A DNA stretch of 38,372 nucleotides from Phoronis australis. Lineage: Eukaryota; Animalia; Phoronida. The translations under genes and the position numbers were made by a program. The DNA lies in the NCBI GenBank assembly GCA_002633005.1, contig NMRA01000552.1:1-38372 (forward strand). Direction: 5' to 3'. Within the stretch, counting starts at the first letter, position 1. The number at the start of each line of letters is the position of its first letter. The notes beneath the pieces were generated by a model. It was not told the origin of the DNA and ran no database searches. It saw nothing but the letters and a program-made list of their open reading frames with translations. Shown piece by piece: positions 11,961 to 23,241 of the stretch.

Positions 11961-14519
11961 CACGGAACAGGTAGTAACTGGCACACCTACGTTAAAAATA
12001 AGGTGTAACCATGCAGTAAGCCTGCGTAGAATATAAGTTACTCACGGGAGCTCAATTTGAACTCCAGACGTTGAAATGTGTACATTTTTGGGACACACTC
12101 TCTATCATTTCCCCCAGCAACCCGAAACTGGACTTCCGGCTGTGTTTCATCTAGGGATTCTGAAACGGCCACAAAGGCATTCATACCAGTCACCTCGGGA
12201 CTTCATCTTTCCAAAAAATTACTTCAAAAACTGGCCATAATAAAATGAAGTTTTCCCGAAACTGGATCATAAAACAAACCTTGACCTTCGATCCAGAGCA
12301 GAGGAGTGCGAATACACTGTTGGAGCCCAGCTATAGTTACTCAGTCAGGCAACTTCCAACTACCCGTCAGTATGCTGGCCCTAGATCCATTCTTACTCCC
12401 CGTGAAACTTTGTTGGTTCACGGTTACTCAAATCCTTATGGCTGCATCCCCAGTATTATACTCCCACCTACAGCGGACGTGGGGCGGGGCTCGGTGTAAA
12501 TATGGTGACATCCAGAGAACGGGTGGGGGAAGGGGGTTAGCAAGTTAGGTGGCGATAGCAAGGGGGTTGGTTGGCGAAGTCAAATTGGTTTGTGCCCCCC
12601 CCCAATAATTTTTTCCTTCCTACGGGCCTCAATGCTTATATGAAACTGAAACAAATTCTGTCTCATTAGATACAATTTGTAATGCCTTGGAGTGCTCGTG
12701 AATGCAAATGTTTTGAGAAGCCAGCAATGAATAAACCACTGTGCGTTACCGGCTTTGGATGCGGGCAACAAAGGTAATTGACCGGGCACCGAGGCCGTGT
12801 GAGCGCATGCTAATTCAGTGTTGGCTGACAAAAAGCTGTTGTGAAACAAATACTCGATTTTATATGCTATGGTCACATGTTAGGGGAATCTTTATTTAGA
12901 AATACAAATACATTATTCAAATCATTCTTTTAACATTAAAATGTCCTTGAAAAGCAAATTTTTACTAAATAAGAAAAGTTCAAATTAAATAAGAAGCTGT
13001 TACAACCTTTGCCCTGACGGTCTGTGGAAGGGGAACCCGACTTCGCGGCCCCCGACAAGTACAGTAAGTAGATTTTCAGTTTCGTGGCTAATTCCCATAA
13101 ATAATTACGTGCACGTTATTTCTTCGGCTCACTGATTATAGTCTTTTCGTGACTGGAGGTTTAGTTTCCAACTCATGCTGGTTTATGTTCGTGCCAGTCC
13201 CGGCTGCCGCGACGGGCCTCATCGGGTTCCGAGCCACTGGCCCGGCGGAGTTAGTCCGGCCGCGACGCCGGGCCTAGTGATCGGGTTCCTAGCCACTGGC
13301 CGGGATAACGAGCGTTTTGTGAGTTTAGAACTCAAAAAATCACAAGTATAAACAACACAGATCTAGGTTCTCCTGTCTGTATTTCACGGAAGAATACTTC
13401 GAATTTATCTCCGAACAGACCCCAAACTCCTGCTACGGACCTTGGTAAATTGGCCTGCCAAACTTTGTAGGCTACGGCGTGTCCAAATACCAGTAAATCC
13501 CTAACAGCGAAATAAAACCACGTATTTTTCAGGCTTTTACATCCAAGTTTTATGATTTATTGGCGTTAAACGATGAATTCAAGCGATAAGCTGACAACAG
13601 TAACCCGTATTGTGAACTGCTGAACAGACTGCGTGTGAAACCAATTACGTCATTGGATAATTTCAACACTTCCGTCTGCCATCAGGTGTGAGGTAACGCA
13701 ACCGAACGTGCCGTTATCGAGTAGAACTACTCGATCTAAATTAATTCAAAATAGGTTGTTTTTTTAGGTGGCATTCTCCTTTAAGGCAACAATAAACCCT
13801 CAAGTATCACTTCATGAAGCTGATCGAATCACGTTGACTGCCACTATATGTCGCAACAATTGAAAAACGTCAATTGTATCAGGAAACACCTGAACACATG
13901 GTACCAAAATATACTGTACACCGTGGTGAAAAGACTAAGTTCGCCAAGGGACCAGATGTATACTGAGAGCCAATATTTACACAAATAAGCTGGCCTGGTC
14001 CGTCAGCGACGACACTAAATGTACATCTATGCTTATTATCCCTAAGAATAGTCGATCTGTCGCGGGTTCAAACATTACTGACTGAGGTAAATTGTTTTAT
14101 AAAGCACTCTGTGGTAAAAAGATATCACAACACTAGTTCGTGGACTAAAGACCAGAAGTACACCAAGAGTCAATAGGTACACAAATAAGCTGACCTAGTC
14201 CGTCGTGAGACCTGTAGTATACCATGCGGAAAGTTTGAATTGAAAACTACTCCCTAGACACTATTTAGTTCCCAGTAGTTGCTTATACATGTATTTTGTG
14301 CATCTTGCTGTTACTCATTGACAGAACTTGGCGCACTTTCAGTCAAACATGACATTCATCTCAGAATGTTTAGTTGCAGTGCACAACTAATCCCAACTCA
14401 AATCAATTTATCCTGCCATTATGCTATCCTGTTTCTGACGTCATGTGAGTTGAATTAATTGAAATGACCATTAGGTGGCACTGAACAGTTAGGCTGCACT
14501 CCCAAAATATTAAAGTCTA

Positions 14520-15142
14520 GGGGTAGGCCAGGCTTGGTGGCATTTTTAGTTAAGTATTGTATGTAGGCTAAGTGAATGTGGTTTGTTTGTATTTGTGAAC
14601 TTGCTAAGAATAAAAAGGCCACTTTCTCGGCTGTAGCTGCACTCTTCTTCAAGATGGTGGCCCCTTGTTGCAATTGTGTCTCAATTGTGCATTGCTGTGT
14701 AGCAAAAAAAATCCCAGACCTGCCCCTGTTGATTCGATATTTGGGACTGTTTCATGTAACTGGGCATAACCCCCTGCTTGAATGTAGTAAGTCGTAAGGT
14801 GTGATTTTCGAAACAAAGATCTGGACCCGTTTTGACGGGGTCAAGAGCGGCAGTTTTTAGTAGTGGACATTGGCGTAGGAATCTTTTGATGGTTGGGGGA
14901 AATTTCAATTATATTTTAAAACAAAGTTTGTGCAATGAAAGTTTTAATAATTAATTGTTAATTAAAATATTAAGATTTTGGGGTAGGCCAAGTTTGGGGG
15001 CATTTTGTAGGTAGTCATTGCATGTAGGCTCAGAGAATGTGGTGTGTTTGTGTTTGTGAACATGCTGAGAATAAAAAGGCCATTAGCTCGGCTGTAGCTG
15101 CACTCTTCTTCAATATGGTGGCATTTGTGCATTGCTGTGTAA
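14520..15142 (+). repeat. Diverged ~170-190 bp direct repeat pair (14520-14703; 14980-15142)
   Basis: Both copies share GGGTAGGCCA..GAATAAAAAGGCCA..CTCGGCTGTAGCTGCACTCTTCTTCAA(G/T)ATGGTGGC..TTGTGCATTGCTGTGTA. Confidence 0.85.
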
Positions 15143-15741
15143 CAACTGAGAAATTGGCCACGATTTCAGGTAACCCTCAAACAAGACAGATTTGCAAAAA
15201 AAAACTAGTTGACTGACAGTACGTTTGGACCACATTTTTGGAATCGGTAGGAAATTTGCTTTCGGAATCTAATGTTGCTTTAGTCGAGCATTGGCAGGGA
15301 AGTGGTGGTTTTGGGGTGAAAAGTGCCGATTTTGCATTTTTTTGCCCCTGTTTTTCTTAGTCTAGAGCTCTTGGTTTTCAGTGAGAGTGAAAGGGTCAAA
15401 AATACAAGAAAGAATAAAGTTTCTGTGCTCATCTGTAGGGCTCGTGCTGTGAAATGACTCAAAACTTTTCTTTATTTGCATGCAGTTTTGACAGAGTGAA
15501 GAAAGGGTGAAGAGTCCATTGACGTGACTGTGTGCTGATAGGCAAACCCCTGTGAGAACTGTTCTGTGCCTCCTAACGTCTTTGTTTGCACCATAGACTA
15601 TAGTACATGGACCGCCAACTCCGTTTACTTTCAATGGACGAAATCTGTGAGCTTGCGCACAAGCCTTTACGTCATTATTCACTGGCGACACCTGGCCCAA
15701 TTATCTGGTGTAATTTCCGGCAAGTACGTCGTCTGCTAATC

Positions 15742-15946
15742 ATGATCGGTTGCTGTGTGGCCGGTTGTTCGGCTACGCAGGCGAAGTGCAGAGGCGTTAG
15801 CTTCCATAGTGTACGAAGACCACAAAATCCGCTTTGGGAGAAAAAGTTATGTTCTTGCGTCGACGTGAATGGAAGTTTTTCTTCCAAAAAAAACTCATAC
15901 ATTTGTTCACGACACTTCGAAGATGGGTGTTTTTTAAGAGGCTCTG
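15742..15946 (+). CDS. THAP zinc-finger domain, probably the first exon of a transposase (Kolobok/P/Harbinger-type) or a relic of one
   Basis: MIGCCVAGCSATQAKCRGVSFHSV..PLW..NSYICSRHFEDGCF is the C2CH THAP signature (CxxxxC, FH, W, ICSxHF). Candidate GT donor at 15947. No downstream exons recognised. Confidence 0.8.
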
Positions 15947-16710
15947 GTAGGCCTACTACTTAATCCTGTCTTCACAAATCCATTTTTCTTTCTCCGTTTT
16001 GATGAAAACTATCTGGTAAACTTTTTGACGAAAAATATCCGCTAAATTTCTTCCAATGGTAGTGAGTGGTGAACTCGTGTCCTTACGAGGACCTTCAGCC
16101 ATAGTCTAGTGAGCGAATTAACCAATTTACTCTTCGGTGGCCCTGATCAGACGGTTGGTCTCAGCATAATGCGCACATTTGGCCAGGATTTGGATCAGAA
16201 ATTTCAACAAATTCACATTCGTGTACAAATAAATAGGACTCTAGTAAAACCTTTAACATAAATAAAGATTACATTAATACTTCAGAAATAAATACCTGGA
16301 CCTGTCAAAATCTATCCCGCAATTCAACAACAGGTTACATACTCAATTATTTATGTCGACTGTATGCCGCACAAAACTTGAACCATCTTAGCCAAGTACG
16401 CTGCAGTCTATGAAAATACCAGAATAACGAAAAACCTCGGAAGCAAGGGAAATGAACCCTAAGAGGTAGCAAGCAAGATAAAGGGGGTGGTAGGGACGTG
16501 AAGCTGACGTGTGCTAATTTTCAATTTCATACTTTTATGTGGCATTTTCATAATTTTGATTTGAGATGTCAACTCAGATCAAACGGTTTGAAAGTTCGGA
16601 TTTTTAATTTGTAATGAACTTGAGTTGCACTGCACGTGACCTTTTATGAATTTACCGTAGTTGGCTACAGACAGGCCCACCTTTATAAAAACTAGCAACG
16701 TAGACAAACG

Positions 16711-16867
16711 CATGCGCGCACCCAGGGGAAAAGTCCAAGAGAAAGAGACGAAAGTCCACAATACGGCAGTACCCCGTTTTTTATTTTAGTTCTCACGCTT
16801 TTTGTTAGCAAAAGGTCCACTTTGCCAGAGATTCGAGCCCCCGTATTAGAGGCTGGGTGCGCGCATG
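16711..16867. mobile_element. CATGCGCGCACCCAG MITE with 5-bp TSD
   Basis: Perfect 15-bp TIR CATGCGCGCACCCAG / CTGGGTGCGCGCATG. Exact TSD AAACG at 16706-16710 and 16868-16872. Confidence 0.9.
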
Positions 16868-17146
16868 AAACGTCTACACAAATTGCACCCAATGCAGCTC
16901 CTGGTTTAAACGCGGGCTTCTTTTTCAAAGTTTGGTCAGGTATAAATAACGCCACAAACATGGAGGTTCACTGAAACACGTCTACCTTACAGATGTGACA
17001 ATCCCTAGCCACGGAAAACTTGAGAGGCCGACAAAAATACTAATGATGAAATACCGGTGATGATAATCATCCACTTTGTTAATTTACTTCACCTACACAA
17101 TTGGAAATAGCCGCTAAAATGAAACTCATTCGAGTAAGCACCACGT

Positions 17147-17289
17147 CATGCGCGCCACTCAGAGGGGGGGGGTTCGAGCCCCCCCCTCTTGGCAAAGTGG
17201 GCAAAAAGGTCTGCCCGCTCTCTTGTTAACAACAGTTCCATAACGTCAGGAATTCGAGCCCCCCATTTTGAAGACTGGGTGCGCGCATG
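17147..17289. mobile_element. CATGCGCGC-family MITE with 5-bp TSD
   Basis: Termini CATGCGCGC..GCGCGCATG. Exact TSD CACGT at 17142-17146 and 17290-17294. The empty site is present in the homolog at ~21806-21815. Confidence 0.88.
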
Positions 17290-17460
17290 CACGTGAGTCC
17301 CTGGACAGCCCCAATATGGTAAAACCCAAGGAGCTCAAGTCGGGGTTAAATCAGGATGGGCATAAATAAGGAAATTTACTGTATCAACAGATTAGACAAA
17401 TAAGAATAAGATACAAAGCATTGATACAGTGTACACGCGCACAATAACTGGGTCTATCAA

Positions 17461-17518
17461 TTTTCCCGCCGCAAGCGATTGAACCAATCGGATCACCAAT
17501 GGCGCAAACCTTTCGAAA
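17461..17518 (+). promoter_or_regulatory. Putative cell-cycle-type promoter module (E2F site, two CCAAT boxes, CHR-like TTCGAA)
   Basis: TTTTCCCGCC at 17461-17470, CCAAT at 17484-17488 and 17496-17500, then GGCGCAAA and TTTCGAAA. The E2F site and first CCAAT are retained in the homolog from 21949. Confidence 0.4.
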
Positions 17519-17786
17519 ACAAGCCTAATTTTTAGGGAGTCTGTTACTGCTCTTTATATTTTCAAAACTTTAATTTGTTATAGTTAATTTATTTGCTGTG
17601 CACCTCAATGAGACCAGTTCATATATATGCATTTAACACTATTAATACATTGTAAAACCATAGATTATGCACTATCAACATGAGCCAAAAACAGTACACC
17701 CCTTTATTAAAAAATGGGTTAAAGGTTAGAAACAAAGGACGAGAGCGTAGACAAGTTTCCATCACTTGCAACGTCGATTTTTTACG

Positions 17787-18104
17787 ATGGACGTTGGAGA
17801 AGAACATCAGTCTGGTGACAGCAACACGGAATCGTACGAAGGCGATGATTTTCGAAATTTGATTCGTTGTGTTGTTTGTCATTTTTTTCCTACAGTTCAG
17901 GATTATTTGTGGATACAGGAACAAGAACTGAACGATGCAGGGTTCGTGACAACGTTGGTGAACGGTGATATCTATCTAAGGTGTTACAACTGTCATCGAT
18001 ATTGTCATCTCCTCTGTTTTCATCCAACCTTTCCAGATGAAAACTTTAATGAAGAGGACCTTCAGTACTTGAGTGAGCATGGCATACTGTGTGATTTATG
18101 TTGA
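17787..18104 (+). CDS. Small intronless acidic PHD-finger-like (C4HC3) protein, 105 aa
   Basis: ATG in good context (ACGATGG). MDVGEEHQ..RCVVC..(long loop)..YLRCYNCHRYCHLLCFHP..ILCDLC* has all eight C4HC3 ligands and no internal stop. Confidence 0.65.
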   Translation: MDVGEEHQSGDSNTESYEGDDFRNLIRCVVCHFFPTVQDYLWIQEQELNDAGFVTTLVNGDIYLRCYNCHRYCHLLCFHPTFPDENFNEEDLQYLSEHGILCDLC

Positions 18105-19197
18105 ATTATTCAACGGTTCTTTTAAGAACCATTTCACGCTATACCTACAACCAACGGCCCTTTTAAGGGCCACTCAACACTGCCCAGAAGAACTGCTCAC
18201 TTGAGAATGTTGATTTATAAACACGCTTTCGTAGTTTTCTCAGTAGGCCTATGTGAACCGTAAATCAAAAACTGTCCGATAACTATGCTGCTATTGGGCA
18301 AGCAGACGACATAAAGGGTCGGAACCGAAGTTTGAATTTTGAAATTAATTACCAGTAGCATTGCCAAAAGTACTCACAATACCAACACTTCTACTATTGA
18401 AAGCCTTTGAAAAGCGTTTCAATACCGAAATTAATATAAATTAATGTTTTTTTCGCTGTTTTGGACAGTAAAGTAGATGCAGGTATTTCTCGTCAAATTA
18501 AAACTGACCGGAAACTGCAGCAGATAGGTCATTAGAGGTCAACTCAGCTCGTAAGAATATGCCGGAGTTGCGAATCTGTTGTCTATAATCTGTGTTTGCA
18601 CTAACATGTTTTAGCGCCTCCTATTGCCAGTGTTTATAAGATTGAGAGAAAAAGTGACGTAGGGGGCGCTGCAATTAGTTGAACTACAGCTTACTATCAA
18701 TCGATTAGCAGGATGATACAAAAGATTCTGACGTGGCGCTTATTGCGATTAGGAAGACGGCCAGGGCTGAGGTTGGAAGCAGGGCCTTAGGAGACCTGTT
18801 GAACACCCCATGAGTCCATTAAAACTTTGCTGGGAAAGTACAGCCTACCTGCAATTTCCACTGTTAGCAAATGGAGTTACCTTCTCGTTGTTACTGCACC
18901 CCTCGGTTTCATTCGATGTATAGACACAACTTGTAAGGTTTGAAACGGACTCGCAACCACACCATAGCGCCCGCCACAACAGTTCTTTGGAAAACGAGTT
19001 CATCATTGTTTAAAATAAACACATTACATGTAAACTGTATGATTATTGCGCAAAACAACTTTATTATACGCCAGTCAAATTCAAGTTACAAACGTGTAGC
19101 AAGACATGACAGAAGAGGTAAAAACGTTGCACGTCGATTCACAACGGTGCAACATTATTTTCCCTGATCAAATCACGTACCGAGAGAGGCGTACATT

Positions 19198-19265
19198 AAG
19201 TAATATCCCACTCGACATTATTCCGCGTATCGATACGCGGAATAATGTCGAGTGGGATATTACTT
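19198..19265. repeat. Perfect 68-bp spacerless palindrome
   Basis: AAGTAATATCCCACTCGACATTATTCCGCGTATC|GATACGCGGAATAATGTCGAGTGGGATATTACTT. Confidence 0.95.
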
Positions 19266-20949
19266 CATTCACGCATATCGAGGTACGTTTTCTATTTATC
19301 CCATACGCATCAAATTCCTAATTTTCTTTCATTTTTTTCGCCAGATTTTTCAAATACTTCACTCAGACTGTTCAAGAGGCAGATAAAACCCTATATGTAT
19401 ATACTTGCGCGTTAGTTTGCAAGTGTTCTCCAGTAAAAGATACATTTTTAAATTTAACCATTTATTACTTGAAAAGAGATAACAAAATGAAAGCAACGGT
19501 AAGTGTGCATTGAACTTGTAACATCTCCTGAAAATAGTTAAATAAGAAGAATATTTCATATTGTAGTTACCGAGGAATCGGCGCCTGAGTTGCAGACGGC
19601 ATAATATTTATTTAGCAATTAAAAACTGAGAGAGAACTGTCATATAATCAACAGTCCTATTCCCGATGTTACGACTGAGACCTGATTGCAATTTGAGTGT
19701 TACTCACACTGCTGCAATTGCATTACTTTAAACTATTTTCCGAATGTTTTATGATCAAACCAGCTATCGACGTCAAGTCGACATTGACCTATCTTTTAAA
19801 CTTTCTATGTCAGAGTTCGCTATTGAAGTAGTGCGAAGGTGAATACGGAAAAATATGACATGGTCGTATTCCCCTCGACTTATTCAGTGAGTGGGATAAA
19901 TATACAAAACGTACCGAGATAGCGATAGTAGCCTATTCATGTATGTGATAAAAGCTTGAATGGTAAATGAGTCCCGCCCAACAGACTGCCTCACGGTCAT
20001 ACGGCGTTACGCAACATTCCAGTGGACGACATTATTGTACTCTCTTTACCACCAAGTCGTCCCGGTTAAGCAGAATAGAACACTCCCTGTTCACCAACAC
20101 GCCAATTAGTAAATATCCCGAAAGAGAGAAGTCACTTTTAACAGCTTATAATTACTTATGATGAGGTGAATAAAAAGTTAATATGAGAACACAGCTATAT
20201 TAATACACAGTCGTATTTATAAGCAAGTTTATGTTAACTGAACGAAGGCTGCTACCCGACTGTATTAATGTGGCGAATATTAAATAGAACAACGAAATAA
20301 ATTTCTGGTTATATAGGAATGAGACCTTTTAAAGGTTTCGACCGCTATCAAGAAAATCCCTGGACCTATGCCATCTGCTATCCCAGTTAGGAAACTTGGC
20401 TTTGAGTTCGTCTCTTGTATCACCCCGACATGACATTGAATGCGAACTCAACTTCAGCATTTTTACTTGTCTTGATATGTTGATCTCGCGATCGGAGGAC
20501 AAATCTATTGTTTATAGCAAGCCAAGTTTCATGAGTTTTTCAGATCTGAACATTAAGTGGTATAGCTATGAACCTATTCAGTGCAAACGCAATCTGTCTT
20601 CCGCACAGCGCTTGGCGTATTTGCTTTTGTATCGACGTGAAACCGGTGTTCATTTGATACAGGTTGGTTGCAAAGAATTGAACCTACAAGCCCAGACAGC
20701 GCATAGTGGGCCTCATTTGTCACTCACGGCAGTGTAAAAATAGTGTTTCGCGAGCATGTTTGGTAGCTTTACCACCATAATTAGTGACCACAGAAGTAAT
20801 TAGCAGACGATTATGGAGTGTTGAATTGTGGGATTGAATTCAATGTCTCGTTCAGTCGATCAGTGTGAAAACTTTACCTCTTGTGCAAGCTTACGTCTCG
20901 CCGTCTATGGAAATAACCTGGCGTAAAGTAGTTTCGTACTTTAAAACGT

Positions 20950-21039
20950 NNNNNNNNNNNNNNNNNNNNNNNNNNNNNNNNNNNNNNNNNNNNNNNNNNN
21001 NNNNNNNNNNNNNNNNNNNNNNNNNNNNNNNNNNNNNNN
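20950..21039. other. Assembly gap
   Basis: N-run. Confidence 0.98.
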
Positions 21040-21704
21040 GAACTAAGAGACCTACTTGTTTATGGTCCACAGCGTTTGCGCGCGAAACCTACTTCTTTTT
21101 GTAATGCTTATTACACGTTTTATATTTTGTGCAATCGGTTCTTAACAAATTTTTTGTATTTAAAATAGTCATCAAATGCCCAAAAGACCAAATCCATTTT
21201 TCGTGTTGGCAATAATGACGGGATTGCTTTGGAAATCGTCTTAAGTTAAGGTTTGACAAAGAGAGAATTAATGAGTTTCTGAGTGATTCACTAAGGCTTA
21301 GATTAAAATTCACATCTTACCAGCAGCTTCTGTTTTTTCATCGTCACTCAGGTTCCATTTTCTTTAAAAAATGAAGTAAATTTTCTTCATTGCGGAGCAG
21401 ACGACGGAAACGGAGTCGTAGTGCGCAGCGCCACTACCGGTCGCCTGGGATATCGCGGGAGAGCCTACACTTAGCCATAGTTCCGTTACGAATGCGCCGT
21501 GTTCCGAATTTGACACTTGAAATTAGATCTGAGCTCCCCCCCAAACACTAAAACTGCAAACATTTAAATCTTTTTTCATCCGTATAATTTTAATTACCTA
21601 GTCAAATTAATAAGCTCAACCTTTCCCTACGCTCTTGCTGTTTTATTTTTTTGCGGCAGCCAAGGGGGGGGGGGTGGAGAGCGCGCACCGAAACAATGTC
21701 AATG

Positions 21705-22385
21705 GTAAAATCCCGAGGTATGAAAATCATCTACTTTGTTTATTTACCTCACCGACATGTTTCTAGTTGAAATAGCCGTTAACTCGAAGCCGGTTCGAGT
21801 AAGGAGCACGTCAGTCCCCATGCCACCCCCTATGGTAGAGCACAATAGGCTCAAGTTTCGGACACACCGAATGGGCATAAATAAGCAAATTTTACTGTAT
21901 CAGCAAACCCAAGTAGGCCTACAGTGCACCCGTGTACAATAACTACCATTTTCCCGCCGTAAGTGCCTGAGCCAATGAGATAACCAAGGGCGTAAAGCTT
22001 TTCGAGAACAACCTTGATTCTAAGGAATCCTGTTGATGCTCCTACAAAATAAATTCATTTTCAAAATTTTATAGTGTTACAGTTAATTCATATTCGGTTC
22101 AAATCAATGAGGCCAGTTCGCAGTTCATCAAAATACATTCAACACGGTTTTTGCTGTGTTAAAAATATACACTATCAACATAAGACAGAAACAGTACACC
22201 TCTCTCTTAAAAAATGGGTCGGGATCAAAAAAAGTGCTGCTAAGTGCAAGTGCACAAGCAAGTCACTCAGCACTAAACTTTAAATTTCGCAATTGCACGC
22301 CAAAAGTACTCATGATACCAAGAGTTCTCTAAGATCATCCCAAAGGAAAGTGTCAGAGTTGCGAATCTGTTGGTTATAATCTGTG
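21705..22385 (+). repeat. Dispersed unit, short copy lacking the PHD ORF and the MITE
   Basis: Homologous to ~17040-17720 and to blocks at ~18360-18600. The ORF-bearing interval has no counterpart. Confidence 0.75.
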
Positions 22386-22722
22386 GTGTGATCACGTGCT
22401 TCTACTGTAATGCATGTAGACATCTCGCGTGATCTTGTGTCTTCGCGAAGTTCTCGCATCTATGGAACCCACACTAGTGCTGCACGTACCCAGGTAATAG
22501 GAATTATCGTTGGTAAGTTTGATACCAGTTTTGGGCATCTAAATTAACGGGACTAAAACGACGTATAGTTCTTAGTTTATCTGTTTCACACTATACATGT
22601 GGGCTTGCAACACAAAAGTAATGCAGTGGTAATAAATAAATAGCTAAGAAAAATAAAATTGAATAAAGTGTGAAGTTCCTGACACGCTGAGCTTTTACGG
22701 AGCCCACCAGGAGGAATTATTT

Positions 22723-23241
22723 TCATGTTCTTGGATTTAAAATCAACGCAGCATCAAAGCGAATAAGACACCTGTTGATTTCATTTTCGTTGATATTCAG
22801 TAAGAGGCCAAGAATGGCCGGAACCTTGGTGACAGCCCATGTTATCTTCTCTTGAAATTCGTAAGTTACTTTCCTCTCACCCTTTGTGTTGCCAAGAATA
22901 AACACGTTGATGCGTTGTAGTCTGTCCTGTGGCATTGTGTGGGCCCGCCTTTCAGTCGACAGAAGAAGCTGCAATAGATTCATGGTCTGACTACAAAGCG
23001 GATAAGCTGGAAAGTGTTAATGCATTCGGAACATGGAAGACACTGAAATACCCACGTCTTTCTGTGGAAATTTTTCATCTGAGGTAAGTTTTTCTGTTCG
23101 TTCCACTTTGAGGTAGAAAAGTTGGCTATATTTTGTAAAAACAAAGGCCTGGAAAATCGTCAGTGCGACAAACACACCCGCAATCACAAACGTAAAGTGG
23201 TAAAGAATCTTGCACTGAACGAAATGAACTAACTTGTCCAC
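22723..23241 (-). pseudogene. Possible decayed type II membrane glycosyltransferase (GT31/B3GALT-like) N-terminal fragment
   Basis: Two ORFs lie in the same frame, separated by one stop. They give an N-terminal hydrophobic anchor (FTFVIAGVFVALTIFQAFVF), a stem, then C..LLQLLLST..RR..VFILG..E. This only loosely resembles GT31 motifs I and II. Confidence 0.3.

Larger units (their letters stand above)
9122..12629. mobile_element. hAT-like (possibly hAT5) non-autonomous cargo element nested in Kolobok copy 2
   Basis: TIRs CAGGGCCGTAGGAAG and CTTCCTACGGGCCT (terminal G lost), with subterminal poly-G/poly-C tracts. CAAT is duplicated at 9118-9121 and 12630-12633. The empty site is visible in copy 1 (CCTAACCAATACTTATA at ~6692-6708). 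Confidence 0.8.
8490..13780. mobile_element. Kolobok-like element, copy 2, interrupted by a nested insertion
   Basis: TTAA at 8486-8489 and 13781-13784. Perfect 14-bp TIR AGGAGAATGCCACC. 8490-9121 aligns to ~6082-6701 and 12634-13780 aligns to ~6702-7793. Confidence 0.88.
17040..18600 (+). repeat. Dispersed unit, long copy (contains the PHD ORF); shorter homolog at ~21705-22385
   Basis: Colinear shared blocks: GAAATAGCCG, TTCGAGTAAG, ATGGGCATAAATAAG..TTTACTGTATCA, TTTTCCCGCCG, CACTATCAACAT..AAACAGTACACC..AAAAAATGGGT, GCCAAAAGTACTCA, GAGTTGCGAATCTGTTG..TATAATCTGTG. Confidence 0.75.

Noticed and set aside
6082-13780. piggyBac assignment for the TTAA-flanked elements
   Set aside because: The termini are AGG..CCT rather than CCC..GGG, and the KolX-like ORF favours Kolobok.
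19106-19321. 71-aa ORF
   Set aside because: It runs through the perfect palindrome and has no recognisable motif, so it is probably incidental.
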